A DNA stretch of 64,000 nucleotides from Felis catus (GCF_018350175.1 NC_058373.1:114764001-114828000), one strand, 5' to 3'; counted from the stretch's first letter, positions 25,024-38,812 are shown. Notes: generated from the sequence alone by a model not told the origin. Translations and numbers: made by a program.

Positions 25024-25925
25024 CCTTCCAGATTTGGGAATTTGGGTTCTAGTCCTAACTTTGTCATTATCCTTCCTCATTCAGGCAAACTGCTTCACCT
25101 GTAGGTCCTAAATTTCCTGTCCCGAAAAATGAGAAGGATTGGAATTTATTGGATGTTTAACCTGGGTTCAGTGGATAGCTTTAGAGGACTTTTCATTAAT
25201 GTGAATTTTGCATGTAAATTTTTCTAGGAATGACTTCTTAGCTGTCAGCTCTTTTCTCCAGCTTTGAAGTAACTATCTGTTACCTCAAAAAGATTAAAAC
25301 TAGATCAGTTAATATAAAAAGTTATTTCCATCTCTTAAGATATAAGGATCCTAGCTCAGGCTCAGTATACATTTTTTTTTTTTCTTAGTGAACACCATTT
25401 GTGATCATAAAATGCTGAGAAAGCACCTTGGGCTACCAGGATTTATTATATTGGCAGGTACCGCTTACTTCTGGTACTGTATTTCCTACCTCTTTTCAAA
25501 AATTGGATCTTGAGGCAGTAACGATAAGGTAAATGAGTAGAGTTGCTAGCATGCGTGTTGGAGAGTCTGGGTAACGAAAAGGGTGTTTATCATTTGGCGC
25601 TCTACCTCTTAGATTTTTTCACTTAGACTTTTAAAACCCAGTATGTTTCACGTGACTCAGCCACCACTCCTCTGTGTCACCATTTATGGACTGCTCACAT
25701 TTCAGGCTCACATTTGGGGCCCTCAGTAACCTTTGTTTAGGCTGCTGCTTCACAAAGTCCATTGTGCTTGCTGGCATCGGCTCATCCTTCGATTTGAACC
25801 AAAATTTGGCCAGCCACTTCCTTTGGGAAGTTAAGGAATTACTTCTTAGACTTTTTCTTGCCAGTTTCATGTTGTACTTGGTGCTGTGGTAGGGTATGAA
25901 CTGTGGCCCTGTTTTCCTCTTGCAG

Positions 25926-26182
25926 GTGAATTCGGAAGGCAAAGCCAGTCCCCTGTCACTCCTTCAAATGGCCTCCTCGAGTGGCTTCTGTGTCTTAGTT
26001 CGCTTGCCAAAGTTGATCCGTGGCGGAAAAACACTACCAAAAACATTATTGGATATTTTGGCAGATGGCAGTATTTTAAAAGTTGGAGTAGGATCTTCAG
26101 AAGATGCCAGCAAGCTGCTGCAGGACTATGGCCTCGTTGTTAAGGGGTGCCTGGACCTCCGGTACCTAGCCATGAGGCAGAG
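25926..26182 (+). CDS. EXD2: EXD2 coding exon 2, 3'-5' exonuclease domain
   Basis: ttgcAG|GTG; VNSEGKASPLSLLQMAS...GCLDLRYLAMRQR; donor AG|GTATGG; 257 nt. Confidence 0.97.
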
Positions 26183-26410
26183 GTATGGTTTGTATGAGTG
26201 CTTCGATTCCTGTCGCTGCGGGGCAAATACTTTAGCAAGATTTGTAGATTACTGAAAACGCTAATGAAGCATCTAACATTTTTTAGAAGCCTAGAGGCTT
26301 CTGAGGTGCATGTAAATTTGTGAGGAAGAATTCCAACTTCTGAGAAGACTGCGGTTATCCACGGTTGGTTTTTTCAGATGAAACATCGATGAGGTGCCCA
26401 CCATAAGCTA

Positions 26411-26720
26411 CAGGTTGTAAACTGATGGCCCCACCAGCTAAATTAGGACTGCAGGTTTTGTTTTTGTTTTTTTCCCGTATGATATATTTGGGGATTTTTT
26501 GTGTAAATCCAGAAGATTTAATGTAAAAGTCTGTATTTTGGACTGCTTTTGAAAAATCAGATGGTTTGACTATGGGAGGTCAAATGGTTCTACATGGTGA
26601 CAATTGCTGGGGAGCAGTTGGCCTCTTTAGAGGCGCATGTTCTGTTCAATTTGCAGGAGTCCCACCTCTCCCTTTGTAACCCCAACTCATCCTAATAAGC
26701 ATTTGAGTTTGCAAACCCTG
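26411..26720 (+). mobile_element. MER102-like hAT relic
   Basis: Terminal inverted repeats caggttgtaaact / gagtttgcaaaccctg; internal ttttgaaaaatcaga. Confidence 0.55.
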
Positions 26721-27279
26721 CTTGAGGCCAAAAAATTTGGTAGACCTAATCCTTTACTGGGAGGAGGAGAGATTTCCCTTTTCCTTGGAATTCTGTTCTT
26801 ACAGAAATTCTATCCTAACTTTTTTCTCAGGGAGTCAGAATTACCTCCTCATGTATAATTACAGGTCCTCATTTCAGTAATGTGGAGTGAAGCAGCCTCT
26901 CTCCTTGCCTCAGGTGACACTGACATTAAAGTTTGGAGGATTTGATAAACCAAGAGAAGGACTGATTAAAATCTCTTTTTATCATAATTTTTCAGGGTAA
27001 AATGAAATTTTAGTTTAGTATTTTGGCTTATGTAAATAAGACTTGTGATTTTTTTCAAGAAATACATTAAGGTATTTACTGTAAAAAATTGTAAATCTGT
27101 AGAAGTATTTGGAGTGTAACGGCAAAAGCCACCATTCACTGGGCCTTCCTCCCTGGGCACTGCCTCCCCAGAGGTGCCCACTGTTACTCTCTGCTGTGAG
27201 ACGCGGTGGGTATATTAGCTAAGAGTTTTTTTTGTTGTTGTTTTTTAAATAAATTTTTAAAAATAAATTTTTATTAAAA

Positions 27280-27730
27280 AAAATTTTTTTAATGTTTATT
27301 TTTGAGAGAGAGAGAGAGAGAGAAAGAGCACACAAGCAGGGGAAGGGGGGAGGGAGAGAGGGAGGGAGGGAGTCAGGATCTGAAGCAGACTCCATGCTGA
27401 CAATGCAGAGGCCGACTCAGATCTCAAACCCACGAACCAAGAGATCATGGCTTGAGTGGAAGTCTGACACTTAACCGAACCACCCAGGTGCCCCTAGTAG
27501 CGAAGAGTTGACCCTGGAGCTGGCTGTGTGCTAGCCGCTTAGCAGCTGCGTGGCCTCGGGCAAGTTACCGAGCCTTGCTGTTCCTCACTTCCCTCTTTTG
27601 CAGCAATGATTACGTATGTTCCCTCCTCCCAGGATTGGTGTGACGGTTACATGAGTTAAACTATGTGAAGAATCTAGAAATAGTGTTTCACACAGAGACA
27701 GTGCTGTGGAAATTTCAGCCATTACTGTCA
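27280..27730. mobile_element. Antisense CAN-SINE (27280-27494) inside a sense MIR
   Basis: TSD TAGC(T/G)AAGAGTT; MIR core gctgcgtggcctcgggcaagttac. Confidence 0.8.
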
Positions 27731-29553
27731 TCGCTGCCATCTTCAGTGCTATCATCCGATTGGCTTGTCCTTCCAGATCTTTTCTGTGTGATTACAGTCC
27801 TCTCTGAAACTTAGAAATTAGAGGGGCACCAAATTCTCTGTTTGACTCAGCGCAGAATGGCCACGTCAAGTTGCGAACTTGGCCCAAACTGACTATTACC
27901 ATGAACTCCTCTGGAGATAAGAATGAAGTATTTATCAGGCCTTTCAGTTTTTAATGAAATTTTATTAAAATTTAAAAATTATTATTTATTATTAAACATG
28001 TTAGTAGTAAAATTAAAAGTTTTTGACATCATAGTTTAAGAAATTTCACATTATAGTGCAAGAATTCTACTTTGCACCATTAGTTTGCTCCTGATGTTTG
28101 CCATAAGTAGTTGTTATTTTCAGTTGACTTTGGGAGGAGCACTTTTTTTTTTTTTTTTGGTAATGCTGTCGTCTTTTCTTCTTACTCTTCTTTATATTTT
28201 GTATTTTATGTTAACCAAAGATAATTTATTATAAAGATAAATTGTTGTATGTAAAGACTTGGGAATCTTTCGTAGTGAAATTTTGAATTGGCAAGGTAGC
28301 ATCTTGTTTCTAATTCATCTTCAAGAAATGTGAAACCTTTCCAAACAGGACATTTAAAAAAGACTAATGACCTAAGTGGAATTAAGTAGCTTAAAAATTA
28401 AGTACTGTCCATCAGTGAGGGTAATGATCTCAAGAACTGTGGAATATCCGTGCTTGAAAAATTACACGGCTATCAAAACGAATGAAATAAGTACATTTGT
28501 ACTTATTATCGTGGATGGAAGTCTCTGATACATTAATAGAGCAAGTTTCACAGCAAAAACCAAAACAAATACCAAAAAACTGTATCTCCTCCTCCGCCTG
28601 ACCATCTGTTTATCTATTTGTGCACAGAAACAGTCTGGAGGGGCCACAGCACACTGTGAAGGGCCATTATTCCTGAGGAGAGGAAGTGTGGGGTGTAGGC
28701 TTCACTTGTCACCCATTAGGCTTCTCTATTGTCTGAACTTTTAATAATAAGTATTCATTACTTTTATAATTTCTAGTAAAACAAAAAAGAGGTTCATGTC
28801 ACCCCCAAATCCTTCATTTTCACTAATTGAATGAAGACATTATGTATTTTCCCTCGGTATGTCTGGACCTTTTTTTGCTTTTTAATCAGTGCTGCTTTTG
28901 GGGGGTAATGAAATCTGTCAATTACTGCTTGTTTTTGTAGGGAAAGGCTTTCTTTTCTTCATCATCGTAATGATTTCATTTCCTCCAGTACCTGAGGGAG
29001 TCCTGCATGTCGTAACCGTAACTGTAACCGTAGCGTGAACCCCCACCGCCAAGCTTCCTGCTCTAAAACTTCTAGTCTCTCACTTGGTAGCCAGGATGTC
29101 AGCTCTGCTTGTGTAGACCAGTGTGTTCTTAACTTCACATTTATTTCTTGTTTAGAATCTCCAATCCTTGAACAAATTGATTTTTTTCCACCATCCTGCA
29201 GCTATTTTAATCAGAAAGTGTTTGAAGGACTGAAAGGTTATTTGGGTTTTTTTGTACCTTCATCTGCTCAGTGAAAATAGCATTATCATTTTTTCAACTT
29301 TGAAAAGTAATTACATGAACACTAGCCAATTCAAATACAGAAAAATAGAAAGAAGGTATATAATCACCATAAATCCCATACCCAGAGAAAATATCACTAA
29401 CATATGATTGATGTCTTTCTAGTACCCCTTTGTGCCCTGTCTCTCTCTTACCTAGAATCACACACACACATCTGTTATGTGGTATGTATATTAACATGAA
29501 CCACAACATATTTTCTCCCACAGTCTCTTTTTACTTAATATGTCATTGACATC

Positions 29554-30188
29554 TTTTTTTTTAAAATGTTTATTCATTTTTGAGAGACAGAAAGAGAGAC
29601 AGAGCATGAGTGGGGGAAGGGCAGGGAGCGAGGGAGACACAGAAACCAAAGTAGGCTCCAGGCTCTGAGCTGTCAGCATAGAGCCCAATGTGGGGCTCGA
29701 ACTCAGGATGTGTGAGATCATGACCTGAGCCGAAGTCAGATGCTTAACCTCCTGAGCCACCCAGGGGCCCCATTCCTTTTTTTTTTTTTAACGATTTAGT
29801 TTATTTATTTTTGAGAGAGAGAGGGAGCATGAGCAGAGGAGAGACAGAAAGAGAGGGAACAGAGGATCCAAAGCAAGCTCCCTGCTGACAGCAGTGAGCC
29901 TGATGAGGGCTCAACCGAATAAGCCACCCAGGTGCCCCTGCCATGGACATCTTTTCACATCAAAATAGATACACATCCTTTTTTTTTTTAAGTCTATTTA
30001 TTTTGAGAGAGAGAAAATGAGCAGGGGAGGGGCAGAGAGAGAGAGAGAAAGAGAGAGAATCCCAAGCAGGCTCTGCAGTGCCAGCGCAGGCCCAGTGTGG
30101 GGCTCAGACTCCTGAACAGTGAGATCATGACCTGAGCTAAAATCAAGAGTTGGACATTTAATCGACTGAGCCACCCAGGTGCCTCCCA
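29554..30188 (-). mobile_element. Cluster of three antisense CAN-SINEs (29554-29770, 29777-29938 internally deleted, 29979-30188)
   Basis: Three SINE bodies in tandem. Confidence 0.9.
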
Positions 30189-30664
30189 CAACAGTCTTTT
30201 TTTAAATAGCTATATGGAATTTAATTCCATAGATATTTAACTAATCTTTTGTTGATGGGCATTTAGGTTTTTTCCAATTATTTGCTACTATAAATAGTGC
30301 TGCAGTAAAGATCATTTTATGTACATTTATTCTCAGGATAAATTCCTAGAAGTGGAATTCTGGAATCAGAGGGTTTTTATGGTCAAAACTTTGACAGTTA
30401 TTTATTGCTAAACATTTTCCATAAAGATTATAAAAATGGACAGTTCATGAATTTTAGATCAGACTACTCCATCAATAGTAGTTATATTTATTTATTTTTA
30501 ATCTTTGCAATATGATAAACAAGTTGTATATAATTTTTATTTTGTTTGATGTCTAGTAAGATTGAGTATCTACCATCTGTTTTTGGCCATTTATATGTCT
30601 TTTTTGACTTGCCTGTTCTTCTTTTGCCCATTTTTGATGCATGACTTTACTTATTTCCTTGTAG

Positions 30665-30791
30665 AAACAATTTGCTCTGTAATGGGCTTAGCCTGAAATC
30701 ACTTGCCGAGACAGTTTTGAACTTTCCACTTGACAAGTCCCTCCTGCTTCGCTGTAGCAACTGGGATGCCGAGAATCTTACTGAGGACCAG
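30665..30791 (+). CDS. EXD2: EXD2 coding exon 3
   Basis: ccttgtAG|A; NNLLCNGLSLKSLAETVLNFPLDKSLLLRCSNWDAENLTEDQ; donor CAG|GTACTT; 127 nt; phases fit both neighbours (not in the ORF track). Confidence 0.96.
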
Positions 30792-30800
30792 GTACTTCTT

Positions 30801-31023
30801 TTGTTTGTTTGTTTGTTTTAAGTTTTTTAGTTTATTTATTTTGAGAGAGAGAGCACAAGTGAGTGAGCAGGGGAGGGACAGAGAGAGGGAGAGAGAATCC
30901 CAAGCAGGCTCCGTGCTGTCAGCACAGAGCCTGACGTGGGGCTTGATCTCATGAATGGTGAGAACATGACCTGAGCCAAGATCAAGAGCTGGACGCTTAA
31001 GTGACTGAGCCACCCAGGTCCCC
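30801..31023 (-). mobile_element. CAN-SINE inserted 9 nt into the intron after coding exon 3
   Basis: TSD ACCAGGTACTTCTT at 30787-30800 and 31028-31041. Confidence 0.93.
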
Positions 31024-32779
31024 GACAACCAGGTACTTCTTATCAGAGTAGTTGAAGAATGGAAGAGCCATTGCTTATGACATATAGTTGTTTTTAAAAT
31101 TGTAATCTTCAAATATAAGTATTGGGTGGAAATACTTTAAAATAGACTCATTGAAGGTAACTGTTCTATAGTATATAAATAATACTTAAGTAGCAGAATA
31201 AGAGTGCCTATTCTGTTTTATTTTTTTGAGCATTTACTATATGGCAGGCCTTTTAGAAAATGTAATTTTTAAAATGATGAATACAAATATAATTAGAAAA
31301 ACAAAGTGTTATAAGACTTATTATATAAGAATTAGTAGTTCCCCATCTTCCTCCCCTCAGTGGCAACCGATTTCATTTATTTCTGGTAATTACTATTATA
31401 TTTTTAAATTATGTACATATATTATTCTTTCTTATTTTTATATTGTCTTTGACTTCTTACTGTGGAAGACATGATTTAGTACTCATGTGTTTCCTCTGTC
31501 CCCAGACAAATACTGAGTCCCTTTTCCATCGTCCCAATATAGGTAAATCATCATTTTTATCAGATTCCTACCTACTTATATTGGTATTATTTATAGCTGA
31601 GCCACATAGTAAGCTGCAATTAAGTTTTTCCTTACACAACTTTTTGCTTTCCTAGGACTAATAATTGTACTTCTGTTTGCTTTGTTTTCTATATACCTGT
31701 TAACTCTTTCAGCCCCAGACTTTTAACGGGACCGTCCATCTTTTCTCCAGTGGTTCAGACACAGGAGGTGACTTACTCCTCTCGCTTTCCCTTGGAGCCA
31801 TCCCTTCTAGAGCCCTTTGTCACCCTGCTCCTTTCAGGAGCCCTGCTGCCTAGCTCTGACCCAGAATCTGCATTTACCATCATCCTGGGGATTCCCTTCA
31901 GCTTTCTTCTGTAGTAGATCTTCTGTCTTCCGAACTCCATGTCTTTTCCCTTTCTTATCTGGGGTACTTTAAGAAAGGGAGCATGGGAAGTTAATTTATG
32001 ACACCTTGTGTGTCTGAAAAGATATTGGCTTCCCTCTATTAACTGATAGTTTGGCAGAGTACAGCATTTAGGGTGAAAATCATTTTCCTTCAGAAATTTG
32101 AAGGTACTCTTCCCTGTCTTATAGCTTCCAGTATTGATACTGAGTATGTCACTTGTTTTTCTTTCTGGAAAATCTTTACTTTATTCTTAGTTATTAAAAT
32201 TCATGATGATACTAAAATTAGTGTGGGCTATTTCTCATTATAGCATTAGAATTCAGTGGATCCTTTCAATCTGGAAGTTCGTGTCTTTTAGTTCAGGGAA
32301 TTATTTTCGTAATATTTCTTTGAAAACATCTCTCCCTTCTGTTTCTAAGACTCATATTATTTGGATATTGGATCCTTGAATTGATCGGCCTACTTCCTAA
32401 GAAAAATATTTTCTCTCTGATTTTTCTATCTGTATTTTTTTTATCTTCTAGGAAATTTCCTCAAATTTGTCTTCTAACATTTCTATTGAATTTTTAATAA
32501 TTCCTATCATAATGTTAAGTGACAAGAGATTCTTGGTCTCCTCTGAATATTCATGTTTAAAATAACTTTGTTTTTGTTTAATGGATGTAGTATCTTCTAT
32601 TATCTTAGAGTATTAAAGATTTCTGAGGTTTTCTTCTGCTTCCTGTATTGCTTTGTTTTCCTCTGAGTTCCTTATTTGAAATGTTTGATTTGGTCTTTGA
32701 ATTTCGCATTAAAGATTTTTCTTAAATGTTTAGATCCTTGGCTGTCCATTCATAGTTAAGGACACATTAAAAAGCTGAT

Positions 32780-33470
32780 TGGGCACATCAGCTGATGAAT
32801 GCATAAATAAAATATGGCATACCCTTACAATGGAGTATTACTCAGTACTAAAAATGATACATACTATGACAGGGATGAGTCTTGAAAACATTATGCTACT
32901 GAAAGAAGCTAATTGCAAACACATTTTGCATGACTCCATTTTTGTGAAATATTTCAGAATATACAAATCTGTAGAGACAGAAAATAAATTAATAGGTTGC
33001 CTAGGGCTGGGAGAAGTGGAGGATGACTGCCAGTGGGTCAAAGGTTTCTTTTTGAGGTGATGAAAGTGTTCCAACGTTGATTATGGTGAATGGTTGCACA
33101 ATTCTGCAAGTCTGTTAAAAATCCTGAATCTTGCACCATCTGTAAAAGACATTTTTGGAACAATTGGAGATGTTAGAACTGTATATTATTGTATTTTGCC
33201 ACTGTTAAAGTTCTTGGGTGTGCTAATAGTGTGATTATGTAGAAGAATGTTCTTGTTCTTAAGAAGTACACACTAATGTATTTAGAGATGAAGGACTATA
33301 ATAGCTGCAACTTAATGTTGCAATGTGTTCAGCCAAAAAGAAAAAAAAAGTGTGTGGTGTCCATGTCATAAAGAGATAAAGCAAATGTTGACAATTATGA
33401 ATGTCAGGTGGCATTATTATTTAACTTTTCTGTGAGCTTGAAAATCTTAAAAATAAAAAGTTGGGGAGAA
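32780..33470 (+). mobile_element. L1M 3' end (sense)
   Basis: ORF DECINKIWH..TMEYYS...MSLENIML is the L1 ORF2 end; 3' UTR text follows. Confidence 0.75.
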
Positions 33471-33649
33471 AAAGTTAATTGCTATCAAATTTGAAACCAG
33501 ATTTGTGATCCTTATTGTGAGAATTCAGAATTTCCAAAGTTTCTTATTCATGCTTTATTTAAACAGTGTTTATTTTTTGTTCTAATTATGAATATAATGC
33601 TTAATGGGATTTTAGAAAATACAGAAAATGATATTTAAATTTTAATTTA

Positions 33650-34511
33650 AAAACTTTTTAATGTTTATTTATTTTTGGGAGAGAAACAGAGCACAAGTGG
33701 GGTAGAGGGGCAGAGAGAGAGGGGAACAGAGAATCCGAGGCAGGCTCCAGGCTCCAAGCTGTCAGCACAGAGCCCGATGCGGTGCTTGAGCCCACAAACT
33801 GTGAGATCATGACCTGAGCCAAAGTCAGATTCTTAACCGACTGAGCCACCCAGGTGCCCCTTAAATTTGAATTAAAAAAAAAAAATGGATTGAGAACACA
33901 GCAAATATGGCCAGCGCTTTTGGGCCAGTGGGCTTTATTATCAGTACCTACAGATTATAGTCACATGTCAGTAACTGGAACTCTTTTTTCTCAGGCTACT
34001 CAGTGTCTCCAGAAATGAACCATCTAGTCTTCTGCCAAAGGGGTATAAGCCCCTCTGCTTATATTCTGGTAGCTGAGTGGGAAAAGGTGCTGGTAGTTTT
34101 ACCAGTCATTATGTAAACTTTCCCATGATCCCTTTTTCAGATGACATTTTGCCCCCACCCTCCACCAGACCGGTTGTTACTGGATCCAGATCCTCTGGGA
34201 GTTAGCCCATTATATGACTTAAACTTTTACTCTTTGGGGGGTTAGAGAAGGAGTAATTGCCAGCCCTGTGGTGTAAAGGAGAAGATCTAGGTTTTTTTTT
34301 TTTTTTTTCCAAGTTTATTTTTGTTTATTTTGAGAAAGGGATAGAGAGCAAGCAGGGGAGGGGCAGAGAGAGAGGGAGACAGAATCCCAAGTGGGCCCCG
34401 TGCCATCAGTGCAGAGCCCAGTTCAGGGCTTGAACTCACCAACTGTGAGATCATGACCTGAGATGAAATCAAGAGTTGGACGCCTAACTGACTGAGCCAC
34501 CCTGGTGCCTC
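33650..34511 (-). mobile_element. Two antisense CAN-SINEs (33650-33860, 34291-34511)
   Basis: Full bodies. Confidence 0.9.
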
Positions 34512-34880
34512 TGGTTCTAAGTGTTCTTTTTGGAGACTTTCACCTTATCCTATTATTCTCACCCCTGCTTGTACCCTTGCTTTCCCAGATACCTGGTGCT
34601 TCCCATTCCTTATGCTTATGTTCTGTGGCTCAAATTAACTTAATTCTTGGATTTTTGGCTTCCTTTAGGCCTAGGTTTTAGCCTTCTCTTGTTTGCTGAG
34701 TCAGTCACTGCTTGTTCACCCTTCCAAAATGTTGTTATAGAAAAGCTTTAGCACAGCTGGTACCTTAAGGTTAACATCCTTCCTGAGAGAGAGTTTTGGG
34801 AGTCATACTATCTGAATTTGTTTTTTGCAGCTGTTTCTGACTTTCTGTGACCCTGAGTAAGTCACTTCTTTGTGCCTTGG

Positions 34881-34950
34881 TTCCTTCCTTCCTTCCTTCC
34901 TTCCTTCCTTCCTTCCTTCCTTCCTTCCTTCCTTCCTTCCTTCCTTCCTT
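34881..34950. repeat. (TTCC)n tetranucleotide microsatellite, about 17 units
   Basis: Seen directly. Confidence 0.95.
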
Positions 34951-36545
34951 AACAATTTTAAGGTATAACTAACATACAGCAAAATTCAGCCATTTAAAGT
35001 ACACAATGAGGCGCCTGGCTGGCTTAGTCCGTAGAGCATGTAACTCTTGATCTTAGAGATGTGAGTTCAAGCCCCACATTGGGCATGGAGCCGACTTAAA
35101 AAAAAAGTATACAAATCAATGGACTTTAGTATTTTTACAGAGTGGTACAACCATCACCACAATCTAATTTTAGAAGATTTTGGGGGTGCCTGAGTGGCTC
35201 AGCCAGTTGAGCGTCTGTCTCTTGATTTAGGCTCAGGTCATGATCTCACAGTTTGTGAGATTGAAACCTTTGTCGGGTTCTGTGCTGACAGCCTGGAGCC
35301 TGCTTGGGATTCTCTTTCTCTCCCACTCGCTCTGCCCCTCCTCATCTTGCACCCTCTCTCTCCAAATAAACAAAAAACATTAAAAAAAATACTTAAAAAA
35401 AAAAAAGAACATTTTTATCACCCCAAAGAGAAACTCCATATCCATTAGCAAGTCACTTCCCACCCTATGCTCACCCCCACCCTAGCACTAGGCAGCCACT
35501 GATCTACCTCTTGTCTCTATAGATTTGTCTGTTTTGGACATTTCATATCAATGGAATCATATAATATATGATCTTTTGTGATTGGCTTAATTTACCATGT
35601 TGTCGTGGGTCATTCACGTTGTGACGTTTATTGGTACTTCATTTCTTTTTATTCTAAACAATATTGTATGGATATATAGTACATTTTGTTTATACATTCA
35701 TCAATTGGTGCATCGCTTTCATTTTTTGGCCATTATGAAAAATGCCATTATGAATATTTGGGCATAAAATTTTGTGTGGACACATGTCGTATGTTTTTAC
35801 TTCTTTTGGGTATATACCTAGAAGTGTAGTTGCTGGGTCATGAACTTTACGTGTCACTGAGGAACTGCCAGGCTGTTTTGCAAAGTAACTACATCGTTTT
35901 ATATTCCAATTAGCAATGTATGAAGGTTCTAATTTTCTGCATCCTCACCAACGCTTGTTATTGCCTATCTTTTTGGTTAGAGCCATCCTAGTAGGAATGA
36001 AAGGGTATTTCGTTGTGGTTTTGATTTACGTTTCCCTAGTGACTAATGAGGCTGAGCATCTTTCCATGTGCTTATTGACTATTTAAAAATATGTTATGGG
36101 AATTATATATTGTAGAATATATATTACAGAAATCTCTATTTAAACCCTTTGCTCGTATTTTGATCGAGTTGTTTGTCTTTATATTGTTGAGTTTTAAGAG
36201 TTCTTTATATATTTTGGAGACTAGTCCCTTATTAGAGACGTAATGTGTAAATATTTGCCTCCGTTCTTCAGGTCATCTGTTCACTTACTTGGTGGAGTTG
36301 TTTGAAGCACAAAAGGTTTTAATACTGATGAGGTCCAGTTATCTATTTTTTCTTTCATCACTTATACTTCTGGTGTCATAGCCAAGAAATCATTGCCTAA
36401 GCCAAGGTCATGAACATTGACCCCTATGTTTTCTTCTAAAAGTCTTAGTTTTTAGCTCTTACATTTAGGCTTATAATTTTTGTTTGGATCCAACTTTATT
36501 CTTTTACATGTGGCCATCCAGTTGTCTTAACACCATTTGATGAAA
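34951..36545 (-). mobile_element. L1MB-like 3' fragment with two sense SINEs (35008-35107 short, 35182-35406)
   Basis: caaccatcaccacaatctaattttagaa; ttgtggttttgattt; TSDs aaagta(c/t)acaa and agaa(g/c)atttt. Confidence 0.82.
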
Positions 36546-37448
36546 GTGCTTGGGTTTTCTTATCATTTGAAAACAGTGTTAAAAAGCACTTTAAGCTCTT
36601 CACATTGAAGCACACTCCTTTCCTTTGAGAAACAGCCTGCTGATCCTGCTGATAGATGTGTAGATTGTTGAGTCTAGGTGGAAAATTTTACCCAAATTGT
36701 TTTATTCTAAAAGCATAACAAATCCTTCCTAATAGTATTGTTTACCAGGCTTGGTTATTAAAGGTAAATTAAAGGAATTTTAAAGTCTTTACACCCTTTG
36801 TTGGGAAAAGCTATTGATTATAGATTTGACTACTTTTATTTATGATCAGCCTTCCTGTCACCAGTGGCTTGGGAGAATGACTTACCATTTTTAAATCAAT
36901 AAATTCCAGAAATGGGCCCTTTTGACTTTTGATTTGAGGCCCATGCTTGAAACCAATTTGTTTTCCACATCTTATTAATAATGGCAGGTTGTTTCTGATT
37001 GACAGTCACACAGGCCTCTTAATGAATCTTGCTTTCAGGTGTTCTAGAGGATGACCACCTCCAAAGTGAATTTCGTGTTCTGGTTGTCAAACTTGTGGTA
37101 ACTGGCCTCACCTAAACTTGACAAAAATCTGTCCATCAGGTTTGGTAGCAGATAGAAAGAAACTTCACTAATTTATATATTGAATAGGATTATTGAGCAT
37201 TCAGAGTAAGGCACTATTTTAGCTATTTTAGTTAAAAACAGAGACAGGAAAGAAACATGAAGATTCATTATACTATTCGATTTACTGTTGTATAGTGTGA
37301 AATGTCTCATAATAAAAGGTTGTTGAGAAGTACATGGTACATCTTGAATTAGAATCCTAAAAATTGTCTGCATCTTTGTGATTGAGTTGGAAATTGCTTT
37401 CTTTGCTTTGCCTTCCAGATTCCACTGATCTCTGACTTTTCTCTTCAG

Positions 37449-37780
37449 GTAATTTATGCTGCCAGGGATGCCCAGATTTCAGTGGCTCTCTTTCTCCATC
37501 TTCTTGGATACCGTTTCTCTAGGAATTCAACTCTAGATGAGAACGATGACCACATGAGCTGGAGGGAAGTCTTGGAGAAATGCCGGGATGTGGTAGACAT
37601 CCCGTTCCGAAGCAAAGGAGTTAGCCGATTGGGGGAAGAAGTTAATGGGGAAGCAGCAGAAGCCCAGCAGAAGCCCAAAAATAAGAAGTCTAAGATGGAT
37701 GGAGTGATGCCAGGCAACCACCAGGGGAGAGACCCCAGGAAGCACAAAAGAAAGCCCCTGGGGGTGGGCTACTCGGCCAG
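37449..37780 (+). CDS. EXD2: EXD2 coding exon 4, ExoIII motif and basic linker
   Basis: ctcttcAG|GTA; VIYAARDAQISVALFLHLLGY...PLGVGYSAR, with YxxxD giving D246; donor AG|GTAACT; 332 nt. Confidence 0.97.
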
Positions 37781-37796
37781 GTAACTGAGCTGTACC

Positions 37797-38089
37797 CTGT
37801 CTGCTGAGACTCAGAGGCCCAGCCTGCAGCAAAAGGCACGATGCCTCATCTTGGGTCTGGGGACAAGGTTCTATGCTAGGATAGCAGAGGTGCTGTAGGG
37901 GTTAATTTTATTTTTCTTTTCCTTCAAGGACATTTGGAGCTGTTTTTTGATCTATTTGTGTATTTTCCTCCTCTTCCCCTTCTTTTGCTTTTTAATTTTT
38001 AGACAGTTGGAGTAGAAAGAGGGAGAACTTAACCGAGCTTTGTCACTGATCCTCATATGACCTTAGACTTGTAACTTCTCCAGTTATAA
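37797..38089 (+). repeat. Intronic direct duplication, copy 1
   Basis: Colinear with 39067-39360; shared exact runs of 12-18 nt. Confidence 0.9.
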
Positions 38090-38812
38090 ATGAGGGTATA
38101 ATTATTACTCCTTCCTTGCTCGGGATAGCTGCGAAAATGAATAACATGAATTGCCTCCTACATTTCAGAAGAAATGCATCATCTGATTTCCTGTTCATTT
38201 GGTATTTGATTATTTAGAATGGCATCCAGCTCTAAGCCAATATTATTCTCTAACCAGTGAGAGTTTCTCTGTACGACTTATGCCTCTATTGCAGAAAGAT
38301 GACTAATAAGTACTTTGGAGTGGAAGCTTGGTCCCTGTAGCAGAGTGCCTTTAGGAACTGGATGATTAAATTGAAGCAAGTATTGCGTTTGAGCCAGAAA
38401 TAAACTCCTGTGGCCCTCATTACTTCAGCCTGAAATTCTTTAATTTTAATTTACTTTGTTTAACCCAGTGATTACTCTGTAGAGCAGTTTCTTGGTGCTT
38501 GCTCCTGTTCACTTTCACAACAGAGGTTCTGAAATCTCTGTCACTGAGATAGAGCTGTGTAAATACTACCCAACTTACTTCCTGTCCATAAATATAAAGA
38601 CTAGCTAAATGAACTCATTTTTAGTTCCTAGCCCCATGCAGATAGAGGAACAAACATGATTTTTTGCCCTACTTGTTTTTTCCCATAAACGTAATGTTTA
38701 ACCCTAGTATCGAGAGTAGCTGGGGTCACTCAGAAGACAGCATGGGAAGGCAACTGATACCTTGACCCATGGTTAGCTTTCAGTCTTAGATTAATCTCTG
38801 CCTTCCCTGCAG

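Noticed and set aside
29012..29040. GTAACC-like hexamer run (gtaaccgtaactgtaaccgtagc) resembling a telomeric repeat
   Set aside because: Only about 4 degenerate units and not TTAGGG/CCCTAA; likely simple slippage
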